Position numbers and translations under genes: made by a program
The notes under the pieces: generated by a model
Seen by the model: only the letters and a program-made list of their open reading frames with translations
Told to the model about the DNA's origin: nothing
The model's database searches: none
Assembly: GCA_963729715.1 (NCBI GenBank)
Contig: CAVSPA010000005.1
Coordinates: 576,001-640,000, forward strand
DNA from: an uncultured delta proteobacterium
GTDB taxonomy: Bacteria > Desulfobacterota > Syntrophia > Syntrophales > UBA2185
DNA: 64,000 bases
Direction: 5' to 3'
Part shown: positions 61,667 through 64,000 of the stretch, in pieces
Position numbering within the stretch: position 1 is the first letter of the stretch
Layout of the letters: the number at the start of each line of letters is the position of its first letter

Positions 61667-62650
61667 TTATTTGAAAAGCAGAACGAACTGCTCGAAGAGG
61701 TCTCTGTGGAAGTGATGAATCATCTCCTCTTTCATCAATTGAAGGGCGCCAAAGGGGTCGAGTTTCTGTCTGTAGGAACGCTCCGATGTCAGTGCATCAA
61801 ACACATCGGCGATTGAGCATATCCTCCCATAGAGATGGATGTCGTCTCCTTCAAGCCCATCAGGATATCCCTTGCCGTCGAACCTCTCGTGGTGTTGTAG
61901 CACTATCTTCTTGCATTCATGGGTCAATTGATTCGTCTCATAGAGAAGCTTGTATCCCATGTGGGGATGCTGCTTCATCTGGGCCATTTCCTCTTCCGTC
62001 AACTTGCCGGGCTTATTGATGATGGACGCGTCCACCTCCACCTTGCCCAGGTCATGAAGAAAAAAGCCGGCTCCCAGTTCGTGCATGTTATGAGCCGCCG
62101 ATTTCTTGAAGAGGGACTTGGAAAGGGAAACCGCCAGAAACCCAACATTGACCGAATGCGTATAGGTATAGAAATCATGGGATGTAATGTTAAGCAGGTA
62201 CAGGGATGTATCATCATCAGTAAGAATCAGATCGACAACTTCCGCAATACCTTTTTTAACATCCTGAATATTTTCAGCAGTAGGATTTTCAAGCAGGTTG
62301 CTTATCATGGTGAGGGAATGGGCTCTGACTGCTTTTGCCTTTTCTTGAGGAGCTAACTTTACATCATGGATTGCCTCCCGGAGTCCATCCGGTACGACGG
62401 TTCTGGATACGGGTGGTCTTGTGGTCAGTTCACATTCGGTTTGAGGTGCGCTACTCTTTTGCTCTCCGTTAAAATTGCTTTTCTTGGTATCAAGGATAAC
62501 TTCTGTTATGCCGCTTTCAGAGATCTTTTCTATCTGTTCTCTTGATCTAATAAGAAATTCGTTCTTTACAAACGGGTGCTGATACCACGACACCGGCAAA
62601 ATAACATACATGCCGATTTTCAGATTGTCCGTGTTAATCGTTTTTTGCAT
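61667..62650 (-). CDS. HD-GYP phosphodiesterase with DUF3391-like N-terminus
   Basis: LKIGMYV, YTHSVNV, LHDLGK, HHERFDGKGYP. Confidence 0.9.
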   Translation of the reverse strand: MQKTINTDNLKIGMYVILPVSWYQHPFVKNEFLIRSREQIEKISESGITEVILDTKKSNFNGEQKSSAPQTECELTTRPPVSRTVVPDGLREAIHDVKLAPQEKAKAVRAHSLTMISNLLENPTAENIQDVKKGIAEVVDLILTDDDTSLYLLNITSHDFYTYTHSVNVGFLAVSLSKSLFKKSAAHNMHELGAGFFLHDLGKVEVDASIINKPGKLTEEEMAQMKQHPHMGYKLLYETNQLTHECKKIVLQHHERFDGKGYPDGLEGDDIHLYGRICSIADVFDALTSERSYRQKLDPFGALQLMKEEMIHHFHRDLFEQFVLLFK

Positions 62651-62727
62651 ACCTTGGCCGAATATAATGATCTCGAAATTGTGTGAAACCTGTTCTCTCA
62701 CATTCTAATATCGGCAGGTCTGCAAAT

Positions 62728-63261
62728 TTACCTGAGCATTTTTTCCCTTTTTTCCAGTTGTACTTCCAGGCTTTTCAAGAGCTGAATATCCTTTTTGAGC
62801 TGCTCATTTTCCTGAATCAATTTCGCCGTTTCCTCAAGCATACGATGGTTGTCTTTCTTCACTTGTTCGTTTTCCTTAAGGAGTCTCGTGTTTTCTCCCT
62901 TTGCCCTCTCGATGAACTGCAGGTCAGTGCGGCACTGTTCCTCATATAACTGCTCTATATCGATGAGACGGATGAATGTCTCTGAGAGGCCCCGCCACTT
63001 GCTCTTGGGATATGTCTTCAGCACTTCTGCGAATGCCGCTTTTGCTTTGGCATATTCCGCCGACTTCTCGTTATCTCCCAGATATGATATCCCCTGATAA
63101 AAGATAACTTCATCCGCAGGCGATCTCTTGAACCAACTCTTTTCATTCGCCCGCGGGGGAGTCCCAGGGGGTGAGGGCAGAGAAGAGCAGGCCCCCAGCA
63201 AGGCGATGAGCAAAAGAACCAAATATTTACGATAATTTTTCAAAATACTCCTGTTTAACAT
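62728..63261 (-). CDS. Lipoprotein with TPR-like and coiled-coil region
   Basis: LLGAC lipobox, YPKSKW, C-terminal coiled coil. Confidence 0.75.
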   Translation of the reverse strand: MLNRSILKNYRKYLVLLLIALLGACSSLPSPPGTPPRANEKSWFKRSPADEVIFYQGISYLGDNEKSAEYAKAKAAFAEVLKTYPKSKWRGLSETFIRLIDIEQLYEEQCRTDLQFIERAKGENTRLLKENEQVKKDNHRMLEETAKLIQENEQLKKDIQLLKSLEVQLEKREKMLR

Positions 63262-64000
63262 AATTGCTTCCCGGCAATGTCTTTGCATATTCCTTCAATT
63301 CTGCAGCCTTCTTCGCCATGTCCAGGGGGCCCTGAAACTTGGACCCGTCATCCGTTACTACAGCAATAGTCATGGTTACGAGAGGAAAGTCTTGCTGTTT
63401 CCCCTGTCTGTCTTTCCCTGTGATAAATCCTTTCTGCCTGTCTTTCTCGCTGTAAAACCTCATGCTGCGGCGGTCAAACTCTTCCACGACTTTCTTACAT
63501 ACCTGCTCCGCACGCTCAGCGCCCGTAATGACAATAAAATCATCACCGCCCACATGGCCGACAAAGTCGCCGTCAAGATCAGTGGTATGCACAGTTTCAG
63601 TCAGGATCTTCGCCACCTCCTTGATGACCTCACTTCCCCATGCATAACCATATTTATCGGCGAAAGGCTTGAAATTATCAAGATCGACATGGCAAAGGGA
63701 AAACTGTTTTCTTTCTGAAAGCCGCTTTTGAATCTCCATCTCAATCGCCATATTGCCGGGCAAACCCGTCAAAGGACTCGCATCAAGGAGGAGACTTTCC
63801 AGGACCTTGAGTCGCTCCATCATAAAGCTGAAAGCATCCGCGAGACTGCCTATCTCATCAGGGCGGTTGATATTCAGATTATATTCGAACTTTCCCTCGG
63901 CGATATGTTCTGTGGCCTTTTTCAGTTCCTTAAGAGGTCTGGAGATATTATAAGTAATTAAGAGCGCCAAGGCCAATCCTACAATCAATCCTATGGCGCT
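63227..64000 (-). CDS. HAMP-GGDEF diguanylate cyclase (5' end beyond window)
   Basis: TM-HAMP, PLTGLPGN, DLDNFK, GHVGGDDF. Confidence 0.9.
   Translation of the reverse strand, partial: SAIGLIVGLALALLITYNISRPLKELKKATEHIAEGKFEYNLNINRPDEIGSLADAFSFMMERLKVLESLLLDASPLTGLPGNMAIEMEIQKRLSERKQFSLCHVDLDNFKPFADKYGYAWGSEVIKEVAKILTETVHTTDLDGDFVGHVGGDDFIVITGAERAEQVCKKVVEEFDRRSMRFYSEKDRQKGFITGKDRQGKQQDFPLVTMTIAVVTDDGSKFQGPLDMAKKAAELKEYAKTLPGSNYVKQEYFEKLS

Overview
64-kb bacterial chromosomal window. Gene content (Fe-S proteins, acyl-CoA enzymes, DUF134/NifX/Mrp cluster, DUF362) suggests a strict anaerobe, most likely Desulfobacterota/Syntrophales-like (inference). No rRNA, tRNA or CRISPR array was seen. The main hidden signal is selenocysteine recoding that the ORF track misses. 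Four in-frame TGA codons fall exactly at conserved catalytic Cys positions, and each is followed by a SECIS-like hairpin whose apical loop starts 17-19 nt downstream. They lie in a YeeE/YedE transporter (5260-5772), a CoA-disulfide-reductase-like flavoprotein (45510-46844) and a MerB (organomercurial lyase)-fold protein with TWO Sec residues (42260-42964). The latter two lie in one minus-strand cluster without mer genes, together with a divergent 4-hydroxybutyryl-CoA-dehydratase paralog, a C_GCAxxG_C_C protein, a cysteine hydrolase, a PAS-LuxR regulator and a CCG Fe-S protein; this is the best candidate for an undescribed pathway. Converging on it is a second candidate system: a YkgJ/CxxCxxCC Fe-S protein overlapping a gene for a signal/leader-bearing protein with 14 QxK repeats (RiPP-precursor-like). 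Also present: an IS110 element with inferable boundaries, a palindromic target and a candidate bridge RNA, inserted into a decayed B12 acyl-CoA mutase operon; an IscS lacking the PLP lysine; an acyl-CoA dehydrogenase lacking the canonical catalytic Glu; tandem RND and MacAB-type efflux operons that share a duplicated OMF 3' end; ftsH; a double-Zn-ribbon thioredoxin; and c-di-GMP genes.
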